A stretch of 64,000 bases of DNA from a virus (lineage: Duplodnaviria > Caudoviricetes): IMG/VR virus record IMGVR_UViG_3300009108_000480, one strand, 5' to 3'. Below the pieces are notes generated by a model. That model was given only the letters and a program-made list of their open reading frames with translations, did not search any database and was not told the origin of the DNA. A program made the position numbers and the translations under genes. Position 1 is the stretch's first letter, and every line of letters begins with the position of its first letter. Positions 20,623 to 30,762 of the stretch are shown one piece after another.

Positions 20623-20841
20623 CTAGAAAAAAGGTTGACCGGTTTTTTTGGTAGTTTCCATGTTTTCTTTTACCAATTGAGCCACTATTTGCCGTTCTGT
20701 GGGGGACATTGCCGCGGCTTCTGAATACGTAACTCCTCCACGCATAAACCAACATACTTTAAAAAGATCATGTCGTAATGCTTTAGTTTCATCTTCCATC
20801 TTTTTTAATGTGATAATAATGTCAGATTCCGATTGTGACAA
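20623..20841 (-). CDS. gp51: gp51-like baseplate/tail assembly chaperone; possibly expressed as a -1 frameshift extension of the gp26-like gene
   Basis: CWFMRGGVTYSEA..MSPTER pattern; only a TTG start with no SD; the frame is open through the upstream slippery site. Confidence 0.6.
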   Translation of the reverse strand: MSQSESDIIITLKKMEDETKALRHDLFKVCWFMRGGVTYSEAAAMSPTERQIVAQLVKENMETTKKTGQPFF

Positions 20842-20846
20842 TAATG

Positions 20847-21701
20847 TTATACGAAAAAATTTGCAGTATCAAATGTTACCGGCACTTCATAAGTGACAGG
20901 AGCGCCTTTTTTGATCTGCTCATCGGTTGCTTTCAATTTAATAGGTTTAACTGCACCTTGAGATCTTAATTCAATCAATTTATCTTGTAATTCTTTTATT
21001 AGTACTGCATTTGCGTTTTCTACAAACTCTTTTATTTGTGCCGGATCTGTAACTTCAGCACCTTCAGTTGTTGTTATTTTAGAAATATTTTTTAATAATA
21101 TGGTATGGCTTAATTCTGTTAATGCTTTGAAACTTTCATTAAATCTTTTTACTTTCTCTTCCGGTGCCATGTCTGTATTTTGTACTGTTGAATATAATTT
21201 TTGTTGAGTAAATGTTTTAAGAGCAGTAGTAGTCATGTCTTTATATGTTAAAGGCCTTACTGCAATTTTTAATCCATCTTTTAATTCAATATCATTGTTT
21301 ACCTCCGTAGTTTTAATTTGCTCTAACAATGCTGGTAAGTTTAATGTATGCGATGCTTTTTCGGTTGTTCCAGGAACATTAAAATTAATATCCATAGTTT
21401 CACCATATGTGGCAATACGTATTGCTATTAATATTGTATCTAAATCATAATTGCTTATTTGCCATGCATCTTTAATTTCTGGAATACAACTCTGGATTAC
21501 ATCTACCATGCCTTGACCATTCATTAATGCATCTGGTGTTTTAAATATAATTTCATCGCGAGCAGTCATTGGTTGTACACCTACCTCTCCTGTTTGAGAT
21601 GGTATTAATATGTGTGGAGGATAATTTCCACCCGAAGGTAACGTAACAAATACAGCAGGCTGTCTAAAATACTTGTTTAATGGGTTTGCGTTTTCTGGCA
21701 T
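20847..21701 (-). CDS. gp26: Baseplate hub assembly protein, gp26-like
   Basis: VQPMTARDEI..KTPDAL/DLDTILIAIRIATYG motif; adjacent to the tape measure-like gene. Confidence 0.7.
   Translation of the reverse strand: MPENANPLNKYFRQPAVFVTLPSGGNYPPHILIPSQTGEVGVQPMTARDEIIFKTPDALMNGQGMVDVIQSCIPEIKDAWQISNYDLDTILIAIRIATYGETMDINFNVPGTTEKASHTLNLPALLEQIKTTEVNNDIELKDGLKIAVRPLTYKDMTTTALKTFTQQKLYSTVQNTDMAPEEKVKRFNESFKALTELSHTILLKNISKITTTEGAEVTDPAQIKEFVENANAVLIKELQDKLIELRSQGAVKPIKLKATDEQIKKGAPVTYEVPVTFDTANFFV
20853..20859 (-). promoter_or_regulatory. Slippery heptamer T TTT TTC (candidate -1 frameshift site)
   Basis: X XXY YYZ heptamer in the gp26-like frame, one codon before its TAA; the -1 frame is the gp51-like ORF. 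Confidence 0.6.
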
Positions 21702-21711
21702 TTTTTATATC

Positions 21712-21752
21712 TATAAATATACATTAATTGCGTATATATGTCTATATTTATA
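21712..21752. promoter_or_regulatory. Crossed divergent late promoters
   Basis: TATAAATA on + at 21712-21719 (toward the tape measure gene) and on - at 21745-21752 (toward the gp26-like gene). Confidence 0.65.
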
Positions 21753-21782
21753 TGCGTACATAATGATAGGAATTAAAACCAT

Positions 21783-23921
21783 ATGGCGGAATTTAGTACA
21801 GATGAAATAGGCAAATTAGCCGAGGCAATGGCGAAGGCCGTTGAAGGTAAAACAACCCGTGAAGAAAAACGAGCGGCTATAGAAGAACTTGCCCAAACAA
21901 AAGAAGGTAATAAATTACATCGGTTGAGTAATAAAGAACAACAAACTCTTTTAAAACAACTTAAAGCATTAATAAAAACTTATCCTGAATTAGCTAAAGA
22001 TACAAAAGCAATTTCTGAAAGATTTTCTGATCTTGAAGACAATTTAAGAGCAGTTAGATCTAGTTTAAGAGGATTTGGTTCAGCCGCATATACAGGTACA
22101 GGATCAATAAGTGAATTTACTGAAAATTTACGAGGTAGCAGTGAAGTTTTAAATTTTGTTGCAGACCTTGGTAAAACATTTGACATTAATGCTGAAACAT
22201 TTCGAGGATTAGCTGAAGTTGGTGGTAACTTTAATCAATCTATTGTAGAAATGAGAAGAGCCGCGGCATCTGCCGCTTTGCCACTGGACGATTTTGCCGC
22301 CCTAGTTAGAGATAATGCAACAACACTAGCCGCTCTGTATGGTTCAACTACAAGAGGTGCTATGGGTATTGCTGGATTGTCAGAAGCATTAAGAACTGAA
22401 GCTACACCAGAATTAGCTAGTTTAGGTTTTACAGTTGATGAAATAAACGAAACACTATTAGCAAATTTAGATAGACAAAGAAGAACAGGTATTTTTGATA
22501 GATTAACTGACAAGCAAAGAATTGAAAGTGCTGGACAGTTTGCAAAAGAACTTGATAGATTAGCAAAACTTACAGGTCAACAAAGAGCAGAACTTCGTGC
22601 TCAACTTGACCAACAAGCCGCTAATGCTAGATTTGCCGCTTTTATAAGAACACAAGACGATGACACTCAAAGAAGGTTGTCAGGATTTGCCGCAACAATA
22701 GGAGCAGTGTCTCCAATGTTAAGTGAAGGTATGCAAGACATAATTGCTAATGCCGGAGTACCTGTAACTGAAGCTGGTATGCAACTTGTACAGAACTTTC
22801 CAGAAATGCAAAGTGTTGTTAGGTCATTAATTGCTGGAACAATAAACTCTGAGCAGGCTTTAATGCAAATGAGAGACCTTTCAGTTAAATCATTAGATAG
22901 ATTTAGTGCGGCGGCGGCGACAGGACAAGTAGAATTCTTAAATTTAACACCTGGTATTGTTAACTTGGCTGGATTAACATTAGAATATGGCAAAGTACTT
23001 GATGAACAAGGTAACGTTGTAGCAGGTGGTACATCTGCATTAATGCAATTTCAAGAAAATGCAAAAAGATTATCAGCGGCAACACAAAGTTTAGAAACAG
23101 GATTTTATAGTATGTTAGGTTCGTTGGGTGGAGAAGGAACTACTAGTGTAGTAGGTGCTATAGGAAAAATGTCTGACAATTTTGTTAAAGGTACATCAGA
23201 TTTTACAAAAGCATTATTATATGGTACAAAAACTCTTACAGGAATGGGATTAAATTTATTAAAAAATACACTACCAACATATATGGCAGTTTATAAAGGA
23301 ACTAGAGATGCAAATCTAGTATCTGGTGGTGGTGGAATGTTTGGTGGCTTTGGAAAAAAAGCAGGCGGATTTGCAAAAGGTGTTGGAAGAAAACTTCCTA
23401 TGCTTGGAGCAATTGGAACAGCAGGCATGAGCATCCATGGAATAGTTGATGATGACCCAACAAACGATAAGTCATCATGGGCAGGTATAGCCGGATCAGT
23501 ACTTGGAGGAATAGCTGGAGCTATGTTAGGTGGACCAATGGGAGCAATGGTTGGTGCAACATTAGGAAACATGGCTGGATCAACTGTTGGTGGAATGTTT
23601 AGTGGTGATGGTAAAGCAATCGGTGGGGATATGACTGCTGGAAAATCATACATAGTAGGTGAAGGTGGACCAGAATTGGTAGAACCATCTGTGGCAAGTA
23701 CGGTTACATCAAACGCAAACCTATCTAACGCATTAGACTTTACACCATTAGATAATAAACTAGCCAGCGTGGTAACAGAATTAATCACTACAAATAAAAG
23801 TCTCAAAGAAATGGGAGAAGGCGTAAATATGCTTGTAGGCGTTAATAGCAAGATTTTGCGATCTAGCGAAGGTCAGTTAAGAGTACAAAGAAATGTGACT
23901 GGCAATGTTCTTTCAGCATAA
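21783..23921 (+). CDS. Tape measure-like protein (712 aa)
   Basis: Long Ala/Leu/Gln-rich helical sequence, Gly-rich hydrophobic segment and the GG....G.SYIVGEGGPEL motif common in tape measure proteins. Confidence 0.7.
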   Translation: MAEFSTDEIGKLAEAMAKAVEGKTTREEKRAAIEELAQTKEGNKLHRLSNKEQQTLLKQLKALIKTYPELAKDTKAISERFSDLEDNLRAVRSSLRGFGSAAYTGTGSISEFTENLRGSSEVLNFVADLGKTFDINAETFRGLAEVGGNFNQSIVEMRRAAASAALPLDDFAALVRDNATTLAALYGSTTRGAMGIAGLSEALRTEATPELASLGFTVDEINETLLANLDRQRRTGIFDRLTDKQRIESAGQFAKELDRLAKLTGQQRAELRAQLDQQAANARFAAFIRTQDDDTQRRLSGFAATIGAVSPMLSEGMQDIIANAGVPVTEAGMQLVQNFPEMQSVVRSLIAGTINSEQALMQMRDLSVKSLDRFSAAAATGQVEFLNLTPGIVNLAGLTLEYGKVLDEQGNVVAGGTSALMQFQENAKRLSAATQSLETGFYSMLGSLGGEGTTSVVGAIGKMSDNFVKGTSDFTKALLYGTKTLTGMGLNLLKNTLPTYMAVYKGTRDANLVSGGGGMFGGFGKKAGGFAKGVGRKLPMLGAIGTAGMSIHGIVDDDPTNDKSSWAGIAGSVLGGIAGAMLGGPMGAMVGATLGNMAGSTVGGMFSGDGKAIGGDMTAGKSYIVGEGGPELVEPSVASTVTSNANLSNALDFTPLDNKLASVVTELITTNKSLKEMGEGVNMLVGVNSKILRSSEGQLRVQRNVTGNVLSA

Positions 23922-23926
23922 ATGTC

Positions 23927-23955
23927 TTGCTGTTTACCTTAAAAAAGTGTAATAT
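23927..23955 (+). promoter_or_regulatory. Weak sigma70-like promoter candidate before the portal gene
   Basis: TTGCTG-17 nt-TAATAT, 5 nt before the ATG at 23961. Confidence 0.25.
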
Positions 23956-23960
23956 AAACT

Positions 23961-25691
23961 ATGGCTTGGAAAAAATATTTTAAAGATGCGAACTTATCTC
24001 CAATTTCTGGAGAAAGAGTGCCTAACTTTGCAAAAAGAAACTATTCATCATATCTACCTGATGTTTATACAGGACATCCAAATAGAATACAAAGATATTT
24101 TCAATATGACCAAATGGATTCAGATAGTGAAATTAATGCGGCACTAGATATCCTAGCAGAATTTTCAACACAACAAAATAAAGAAAACGAAACACCATTT
24201 GATATAGTGTTTAAAGATGAAACAACTGAACACGAAGTTAAACTTTTAAAGAAAGCACTTCAACAATGGACTTTAGCAAACAAATTTAATAAAAGAATTT
24301 TTAGAATATTTAGAAATGCTCTAAAATATGGAGATTGTTTCTTTGTAAGAGACCCAGAAACACACAAATGGTTATATATGGATCCATCAAAAATTGACAG
24401 AATTATTGTTAATGAATCTGAAGGCAAAAAACCCGAACAATATGTTATAAGAGATATTAATCCAAACTTACAAAAACTATCTGTAACATCAATAACACCA
24501 AATCAAACTTATGGAGGTGGTGGAACCACTGGTGGTGGTACTGCAGGATACTCACAAAGTTATGCAGGTGCTGGCAGAGGTTCTGATATGTCGGGTTTTG
24601 CTGGAGCAACAGGTGGACGTTTCTACAGAACAATGAATCAATATGCCATTAATTCTGAACACGTTATTCATATGTCAATGTCAGATGGCTTAGACAACTT
24701 ATTTCCTTTTGGACAATCAGTTTTAGAACAAGTTTTCAAAGTTTACAAACAAAAAGAATTATTAGAAGACGCAATTATCATTTACAGGGTTCAAAGAGCA
24801 CCTGAAAGAAGAGTATTTTATATTGACGTAGGTAATATGCCAACACACTTGGCCATGCAATTCGTTGAAAGAGTTAAAAATGAAATTAATCAAAGAAGAA
24901 TTCCAAGCACATCAGGTGGTGTCAACTATATTGATGCAACATATAATCCTATGAGCATTAATGAAGATTATTTCTTTCCGCAAACAGCAGAAGGAAGAGG
25001 ATCTAAAGTTGATACACTACCGGGTGGTACTAATTTAGGTGAGATAGACGATTTAAGATTTTTTACAAACAAATTGTTTAGAGGATTAAGAATTCCAAGT
25101 TCTTATTTGCCAACTGGACCAGATGATTCACAACAACAATACAATGACGGTAGAGTGGGTACTGCGTACATACAAGAATTAAGATTTAACAAATATTGTG
25201 CTAGACTACAAGCACTTTTAAACACATCATTTGATTTAGAATTCAAATATTGGATAAAAGGTAAAGGATATAACATTGACAATGGAATGTTTGAACTTAA
25301 ATTAAATCCACCACAAAACTTTGCGGCATATAGACAAACTGAAATGGATCAATCACGTGTACAAACATTTACACAGATAGCAGAACTACCTTATATGTCT
25401 AAAAGATTTGCGTTAAGCAGATATTTGGGATTAAGTGAAGAAGAAATGGCAAGAAATGCTGATCTTTGGGCAGAAGAAAATGCTGTACCTAAGAAAAAAC
25501 AAAGTAAACAAACACAATTACGATCAGGCGGAGTAACTCAAGCAGGTGTTACATCAGATTTAGACCAGTTTGAAGAACCAACAGCTGAACCCGAAGTACC
25601 AGGACCGGGACAACCAGGACCAGGAGCACCAGGAACAGTACCTGGCGGTGGCGGAACAGTACCTGGAGGTACCGGAGGTGGAACCGTTTAA
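23961..25691 (+). CDS. gp20: Portal protein, gp20-like
   Basis: LLEDAIIIYRVQRAPERRVFYIDVGNMP, EDYFFP, TLPGGTNLGEIDD are gp20 signatures; Pro/Gly-rich tail. Confidence 0.95.
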   Translation: MAWKKYFKDANLSPISGERVPNFAKRNYSSYLPDVYTGHPNRIQRYFQYDQMDSDSEINAALDILAEFSTQQNKENETPFDIVFKDETTEHEVKLLKKALQQWTLANKFNKRIFRIFRNALKYGDCFFVRDPETHKWLYMDPSKIDRIIVNESEGKKPEQYVIRDINPNLQKLSVTSITPNQTYGGGGTTGGGTAGYSQSYAGAGRGSDMSGFAGATGGRFYRTMNQYAINSEHVIHMSMSDGLDNLFPFGQSVLEQVFKVYKQKELLEDAIIIYRVQRAPERRVFYIDVGNMPTHLAMQFVERVKNEINQRRIPSTSGGVNYIDATYNPMSINEDYFFPQTAEGRGSKVDTLPGGTNLGEIDDLRFFTNKLFRGLRIPSSYLPTGPDDSQQQYNDGRVGTAYIQELRFNKYCARLQALLNTSFDLEFKYWIKGKGYNIDNGMFELKLNPPQNFAAYRQTEMDQSRVQTFTQIAELPYMSKRFALSRYLGLSEEEMARNADLWAEENAVPKKKQSKQTQLRSGGVTQAGVTSDLDQFEEPTAEPEVPGPGQPGPGAPGTVPGGGGTVPGGTGGGTV

Positions 25692-25706
25692 AGGTTAAAT
25701 ACTGAT

Positions 25707-25946
25707 ATGAAACTATTAGAATTCTTTACATATACAGGAGACGGGTTTGAACAAGATGCAACATACGAACCTGAAAACGATATTTCTGTATTAGATAAAG
25801 ATGATACTAGAAAAACACGACTTTCTCTTAAAGATATCAATTCTATGAGATTAGCATCTGAAGAACACGACGAACAACAAAAAGATGAAGCAGAATTTGT
25901 TCAAAAAATGTATGCTCAACCACAAGCAGACGATTTAGCAATCTAA
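25707..25946 (+). CDS. Small acidic head-region protein
   Basis: 79-aa ORF right after the portal gene with its own TAAATA (25696-25701). Confidence 0.65.
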   Translation: MKLLEFFTYTGDGFEQDATYEPENDISVLDKDDTRKTRLSLKDINSMRLASEEHDEQQKDEAEFVQKMYAQPQADDLAI

Positions 25947-25988
25947 TTTAACACATCCTTTAGTAAAACAGAATAATTAATATAAATC

Positions 25989-26615
25989 ATGAGTGATATA
26001 GCATTTGTATTAGGTAATGGAGAGTCTCGAAAAGGAATCCAAATAGAAGATTTAAAAAAACACGGTACGGTGTTTGCCTGTAATGCTGTATATCGTACTG
26101 ATCGTCCAGACTTTTTGGTTGCAGTAGATCCTAAAATGTTATTAGAAATAGGTGAGACCGACTATGTTAAAAATAATCAAGTATGGTCTAATTATAATGT
26201 ACAATATGAAAAAAATCAAAAAATATTAGATCATGTAAAATGGTTTCAACCAAGTCTAGGATGGAGTTCTGGGCCAACAACATTAAGATTAGCTTGTGAA
26301 AAAAAATTTAAAACAATATATTTGTTAGGATTTGACTATGCAGGATTTAATGACGATAAAAAAGGAGCAAGTAAACGATTTAATAACTTGTTTAAAGACA
26401 CTCGTAACTATAAAAAAAGCACAGACGAAGCTACATTTTATGGCAATTGGATGAGTCAAACGAAAAGGTGCCTACAAGATTATAAAGATACGAAATTCCT
26501 CCGTGTGATACCTAGAGACTGGTTTTCTCCTAAGGATTTAACCTGGAATGAGAATTTAAGTAACGTTATAATCACTGATTTTTTAGCTAATTTTAACCTT
26601 AAACTAAAAAACTAA
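25989..26615 (+). CDS. Hypothetical enzyme, MptE/DUF115-like or glycosyltransferase-like
   Basis: AFVLGNGESR, ACNAVYR, D.LVAVD, IYLLGFD motifs. Confidence 0.5.
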   Translation: MSDIAFVLGNGESRKGIQIEDLKKHGTVFACNAVYRTDRPDFLVAVDPKMLLEIGETDYVKNNQVWSNYNVQYEKNQKILDHVKWFQPSLGWSSGPTTLRLACEKKFKTIYLLGFDYAGFNDDKKGASKRFNNLFKDTRNYKKSTDEATFYGNWMSQTKRCLQDYKDTKFLRVIPRDWFSPKDLTWNENLSNVIITDFLANFNLKLKN

Positions 26616-26721
26616 TCAAAATAGCGGTTTTTGTCAAATATAGGTACCTTTTTTCCATTGTTGAAGTAAATACAAACACTTATAAGCAAAAACTTGCCAA
26701 TTAACAAGGAGCACGTGTAAT

Positions 26722-27762
26722 ATGACACAACCAACGAATAAGTTTGAACAGTTGTTAGAGCTTTTAATTAATGAAGAAAATGATAAAGCGGAACAACTAT
26801 TTCATGAAATAGTAGTAGAAAAGTCTAGAGACATCTACGAAGGTTTAGCAGATGAACAAACTGCTACAACAGAAACTAAAGACGAAGCTAAAGACGAAGC
26901 TAAAGAAGACGACAAGAAAGACGAATCAGTAGTTAAAGAAACTGAAAAGTCTGACGAAAAAGCAGAAGACAAAAAAGAAGAAGCGGTTAAAGAAACTGAA
27001 GGCGAAACAGTTGAAGATAAAGACATAAAAGACGAAGGTGTCTTTACTAAACCAGCACCAACACAAGTTGCACCTCAAAAGTCTGACGAAGAATCAATTG
27101 AAGAAATTGGTGGCGATGCTACTGACGAATTAATTAAAGATATCACAGGCGATGAAGAAGGTGAAGCAGATGCGGCGGCTGACGAATTAGGTCAGGACAT
27201 GGGCGCGGATGCTGAAAACGGTGAAAACGGTGAAGATGGATCTGTAGAAGACAGAGTTGTCGATTTAGAAGATGCTTTAGATGAACTAAAAGCGGAATTT
27301 GAAGCGATGCTGGCGGCACAAAATGGAGATGGAGAAGCAGAAGAAGAATCTGCAGTACCATCAACAGCGGCACCAGTTATTCCAGCAGAAACAAAACCAG
27401 AATTGTCTAGATTTGAAGGCAAAGACGCTAAAGAAGATAAGAAAGACGCTAAAGAAGAAAAGAAAGAAACTGTGAAAGAATATAAAAATCCAGTTAAAGC
27501 GGATATGAGCGGCGGAGACGACAAATCAGCAAAATCACCAGTAAACACAAAAGTTAAAAGTGCAGGTGGCACAACGGCTAATATAGCAAAAGGTGGAGGA
27601 GACGAAAAAGGTCGTCCGGCACCAACTGCAGAAAAAATAGCTAGTAGCTTTGAGAATACTGGAGGAAAAGCAAAATCAACTTCTTTCAAAAAGAAAGAAA
27701 CAGCTGATCTTAAAGATGGTTCTGACAAATCTGCAAAATCTCCAGTTAACACAAAAGCGTAA
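26722..27762 (+). CDS. Acidic prohead core protein
   Basis: Very D/E/K-rich; directly upstream of the prohead protease; TAAATA at 26667-26672 and SD AAGGAG; internal repeat DKSAKSPVNTK twice. Confidence 0.65.
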   Translation: MTQPTNKFEQLLELLINEENDKAEQLFHEIVVEKSRDIYEGLADEQTATTETKDEAKDEAKEDDKKDESVVKETEKSDEKAEDKKEEAVKETEGETVEDKDIKDEGVFTKPAPTQVAPQKSDEESIEEIGGDATDELIKDITGDEEGEADAAADELGQDMGADAENGENGEDGSVEDRVVDLEDALDELKAEFEAMLAAQNGDGEAEEESAVPSTAAPVIPAETKPELSRFEGKDAKEDKKDAKEEKKETVKEYKNPVKADMSGGDDKSAKSPVNTKVKSAGGTTANIAKGGGDEKGRPAPTAEKIASSFENTGGKAKSTSFKKKETADLKDGSDKSAKSPVNTKA

Positions 27763-27787
27763 CTGTTAGATTTAAGGAATTATCAGT

Positions 27788-28417
27788 ATGTCACTTTATC
27801 TTAGAGAACATTTAACCTATGATCAGGCTCGAATACAGGTCTTGCACGAAGGCAACCAAGGCAAGGATTTATTCATGAAGGGAATCTGTATTCAAGGCGG
27901 CATTAAAAATGCCAATGAAAGAGTTTATCCTGTGCAAGAAATTGCAAAGGCAACTAAAACTCTTAATGATCAGATTAGTTCAGGTTATAGTGTACTTGGA
28001 GAAGTAGATCATCCAGATGATTTAAAAATTAATTTGGACCGTGTGTCCCATATGTTAACAGAAATGTGGATGGACGGACCAAATGGATATGGTAAAATGA
28101 AAATTTTACCGACACCGATGGGCCAACTTGTCAAAACTATGTTGGAATCAGGAGTAAAACTAGGCGTCAGTTCTCGTGGCTCTGGTAATATATCAGAGTA
28201 CGGTAACGGCGAAGTTTCAGACTTCGAAATCATAACAGTTGATGTTGTGGCCCAACCTTCGGCACCGGGTGCTTACCCAACGCCAATATATGAACATCTT
28301 TTGAATACAAAAGGTGGATTAAAGGCGAAAGGTCTGGCCGCTGAAGTTAGAAATGACACAAGAGCACAAAAATACCTAAATGAGGTATTAACTAACATAA
28401 TAAAGGACCTAAAATAA
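27788..28417 (+). CDS. gp21: Prohead protease, gp21-like
   Basis: N.NERVYP, LGEVDHPD, LGVSSRGSG, D.VAQPSAPGA motifs. Confidence 0.95.
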   Translation: MSLYLREHLTYDQARIQVLHEGNQGKDLFMKGICIQGGIKNANERVYPVQEIAKATKTLNDQISSGYSVLGEVDHPDDLKINLDRVSHMLTEMWMDGPNGYGKMKILPTPMGQLVKTMLESGVKLGVSSRGSGNISEYGNGEVSDFEIITVDVVAQPSAPGAYPTPIYEHLLNTKGGLKAKGLAAEVRNDTRAQKYLNEVLTNIIKDLK

Positions 28418-29484
28418 TGTTTGATATATCAAAACTAGCTGAATCAGGAGCAATTTCGGAAGATGTGCAAAAAAGCATCCAAGAAGCTTGGGATTCAAAA
28501 GTTAAAGAAAACAAAGAAACTGTAGGTGCTGAGTTAAGAGAAGAATTTGCTAAAAGATACGAGCATGACAAAGGAAACATGATCGAAGCAATCGATAAAA
28601 TGATGACTGAAAAGTTATCTGAAGAAATTAGCAAATTTATCGAAGATAGAAAAGCACTAGCACAGGAAAAAATATCCTACAAAGAAAACGTAGGCAAACA
28701 TTCAGCGAAACTTCAAGAATTTATAATGAAGAAACTTGCTGAAGAGTTAAAAGAACTACATAGCGACCGTAAAGGTGTTCATGAAAACTTTAGTAAATTA
28801 GAAGAGTTCGTTGTAAACGCACTTGCTAAGGAAATTAAAGAATTCCATGAAGACAAGAAAGGCGTTGTGGAAACGAAAGTTAAATTAGTAGCCGAAGCTA
28901 AAGCACAAATGGCTAAACTAAAAGAAGCTTTCATACAAAAATCTGCTAAAGTTGTAGAATCTGCAGTTAATAAAAAACTTGCTGAAGAATTAAGCACGTT
29001 GAAAGACGATATTACTACTGCAAGAACTGTAAACTTTGGCAAAAAAATATTCGAAGCGTTTGCTTCTGAGTATCAGAACTCATATTTAAATGAGAAATCT
29101 GAAACTGCGAAGCTATTAAAGATAGTTGATGAAACTACTCTTAAGTTAAAAGACGCTGAGAAGGCCGTCAATGAAAAAGACGCGGTGATTGAGTCGAAGA
29201 ATGCTGAGTCCAAAAGACAAGCAGACTTGATGGAACGCAAGGAAACGATGGCTGAATTGCTCAAACCATTGAGCAAACAAAAGGGTGAAGTAATGAGTCA
29301 ACTGTTAGAATCAGTTCAAACAGCGAACCTTCAAACTTCATTCGACAAGTATCTACCTCACGTGATGAACGATAAACCAATAGCGACTATCAAAACTGCA
29401 AAAGTTATGACAGAAGCAAAAGGTGAAAGATCACAAAGGGAAGATGCAGACTTAACAGATATTCGTAAATTAGCGGGTATTTAA
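28417..29484 (+). CDS. gp22: Prohead scaffolding protein, gp22-like
   Basis: Coiled-coil E/K-rich protein between protease and capsid genes. Confidence 0.8.
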   Translation: MFDISKLAESGAISEDVQKSIQEAWDSKVKENKETVGAELREEFAKRYEHDKGNMIEAIDKMMTEKLSEEISKFIEDRKALAQEKISYKENVGKHSAKLQEFIMKKLAEELKELHSDRKGVHENFSKLEEFVVNALAKEIKEFHEDKKGVVETKVKLVAEAKAQMAKLKEAFIQKSAKVVESAVNKKLAEELSTLKDDITTARTVNFGKKIFEAFASEYQNSYLNEKSETAKLLKIVDETTLKLKDAEKAVNEKDAVIESKNAESKRQADLMERKETMAELLKPLSKQKGEVMSQLLESVQTANLQTSFDKYLPHVMNDKPIATIKTAKVMTEAKGERSQREDADLTDIRKLAGI

Positions 29485-29511
29485 CTATAAACTAAAAGGG
29501 GAAAGATACAA

Positions 29512-30681
29512 ATGTCAGAAATATTTGAATCTAAATGGGGTGAAACTAAATCAGCCCTAACTGAAGGTTTAGAAGGCAACAAGAAAAAAGTGATGGGTGT
29601 CATTTTAGAAAATACTAAAAGATACTTGTCAGAACAAGCTACTGCAGGTGCTACATCTGCCGGTAACGTTGCTACACTAAACAGAGTGATTCTTCCAGTA
29701 ATTAGACGGGTTATGCCGACTGTTATAGCTAACGAAATCGTTGGTGTACAGCCGATGACTGGTCCAGTTGGACAGATTCACACCTTGAGAATAAGATATG
29801 CAGATGCGGCAGGCGGAACAACGGCTGGCGAAGAAGCATTATCACCTTTCAAAATTGCGAGAGCATACTCTGGTAATGAAACTGAAGCTACACCTAAAGC
29901 GGCAACAACAGCGTCGAAAGAAGGTACAGCTGGTAACAGACTATCAATCCAGATCTTGAAACAACCGGTTGAAGCTAAATCTAGAAAACTATCAGCTAGA
30001 TGGACGTTTGAAGCGGCTCAAGATGCTCAAGCACAACAAGGTATAGACGTAGAAGCAGAAATAATGGCGGCTTTGGCTCAAGAAATTACAGCTGAAATCG
30101 ACCAAGAAGTTATTGGATCATTAAGAACATTGGCTGGAACAGCCGCTGAAACTTATGACCAATCAGCTGTTTCTGGTACTGCAACTTTTGTTGGTGACGA
30201 ACACGCGGCTTTGGCTGTGTTAATCAACAGAGTGGCAAACTTAATTGCAACAAGAACACGTAGAGGAGCTGGAAACTGGTCAGTAGTTTCTCCAACTGCT
30301 TTAACGATTCTTCAATCTGCAACAACATCAGCATTTGCTAGATCAACTGAAGGTACTTTCGAAGCACCTACTAACACAAAATTTGTTGGTACGTTAAACG
30401 CTTCAATGAGAGTATACGTTGACGCATATGCAGTTGATGGTACATCAGTACTAGTTGGCTATAAAGGAGCAAGTGAGGCAGACGCACCAGCGTTCTATTG
30501 TCCTTACATTCCTTTAATGTCTTCAGGAGTTGTACTTGATCCAGCTACTTTCGAACCAGTTGTTGGCTTTTTAACAAGATATGGATATGTAGAGTTAACA
30601 AACACTGCATCTTCACTTGGTAATGCGGCTGACTACGTAGGTTTAGTAGCGATCACTTCAGCAAACTTAAAATTTAAGTAA
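29512..30681 (+). CDS. gp23: Major capsid protein, gp23-like (389 aa)
   Basis: VGVQPMTGPVGQIHTLR, AKSRKLSARWTFEAAQD, FYCPYIPL, F.TRYG motifs. Confidence 0.97.
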   Translation: MSEIFESKWGETKSALTEGLEGNKKKVMGVILENTKRYLSEQATAGATSAGNVATLNRVILPVIRRVMPTVIANEIVGVQPMTGPVGQIHTLRIRYADAAGGTTAGEEALSPFKIARAYSGNETEATPKAATTASKEGTAGNRLSIQILKQPVEAKSRKLSARWTFEAAQDAQAQQGIDVEAEIMAALAQEITAEIDQEVIGSLRTLAGTAAETYDQSAVSGTATFVGDEHAALAVLINRVANLIATRTRRGAGNWSVVSPTALTILQSATTSAFARSTEGTFEAPTNTKFVGTLNASMRVYVDAYAVDGTSVLVGYKGASEADAPAFYCPYIPLMSSGVVLDPATFEPVVGFLTRYGYVELTNTASSLGNAADYVGLVAITSANLKFK

Positions 30682-30713
30682 TCTTTTTATAGATTATTTT
30701 GAATCTTAGAGAA

Positions 30714-30738
30714 AGGCGGCTTCGGTCGCCTTTTTCTT
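30714..30738 (+). terminator. Intrinsic terminator with UUCG loop after the capsid gene
   Basis: AGGCGGC-TTCG-GTCGCCT followed by a T-run. Confidence 0.85.
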
Positions 30739-30762
30739 TGGCCGAATTTTCAGACTTTAAAT

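Noticed and set aside
26870-26960. Tandem GACGAAGCTAAA-type repeats
   Set aside because: Low-complexity coding (DEAK/EDDK) inside the acidic core protein
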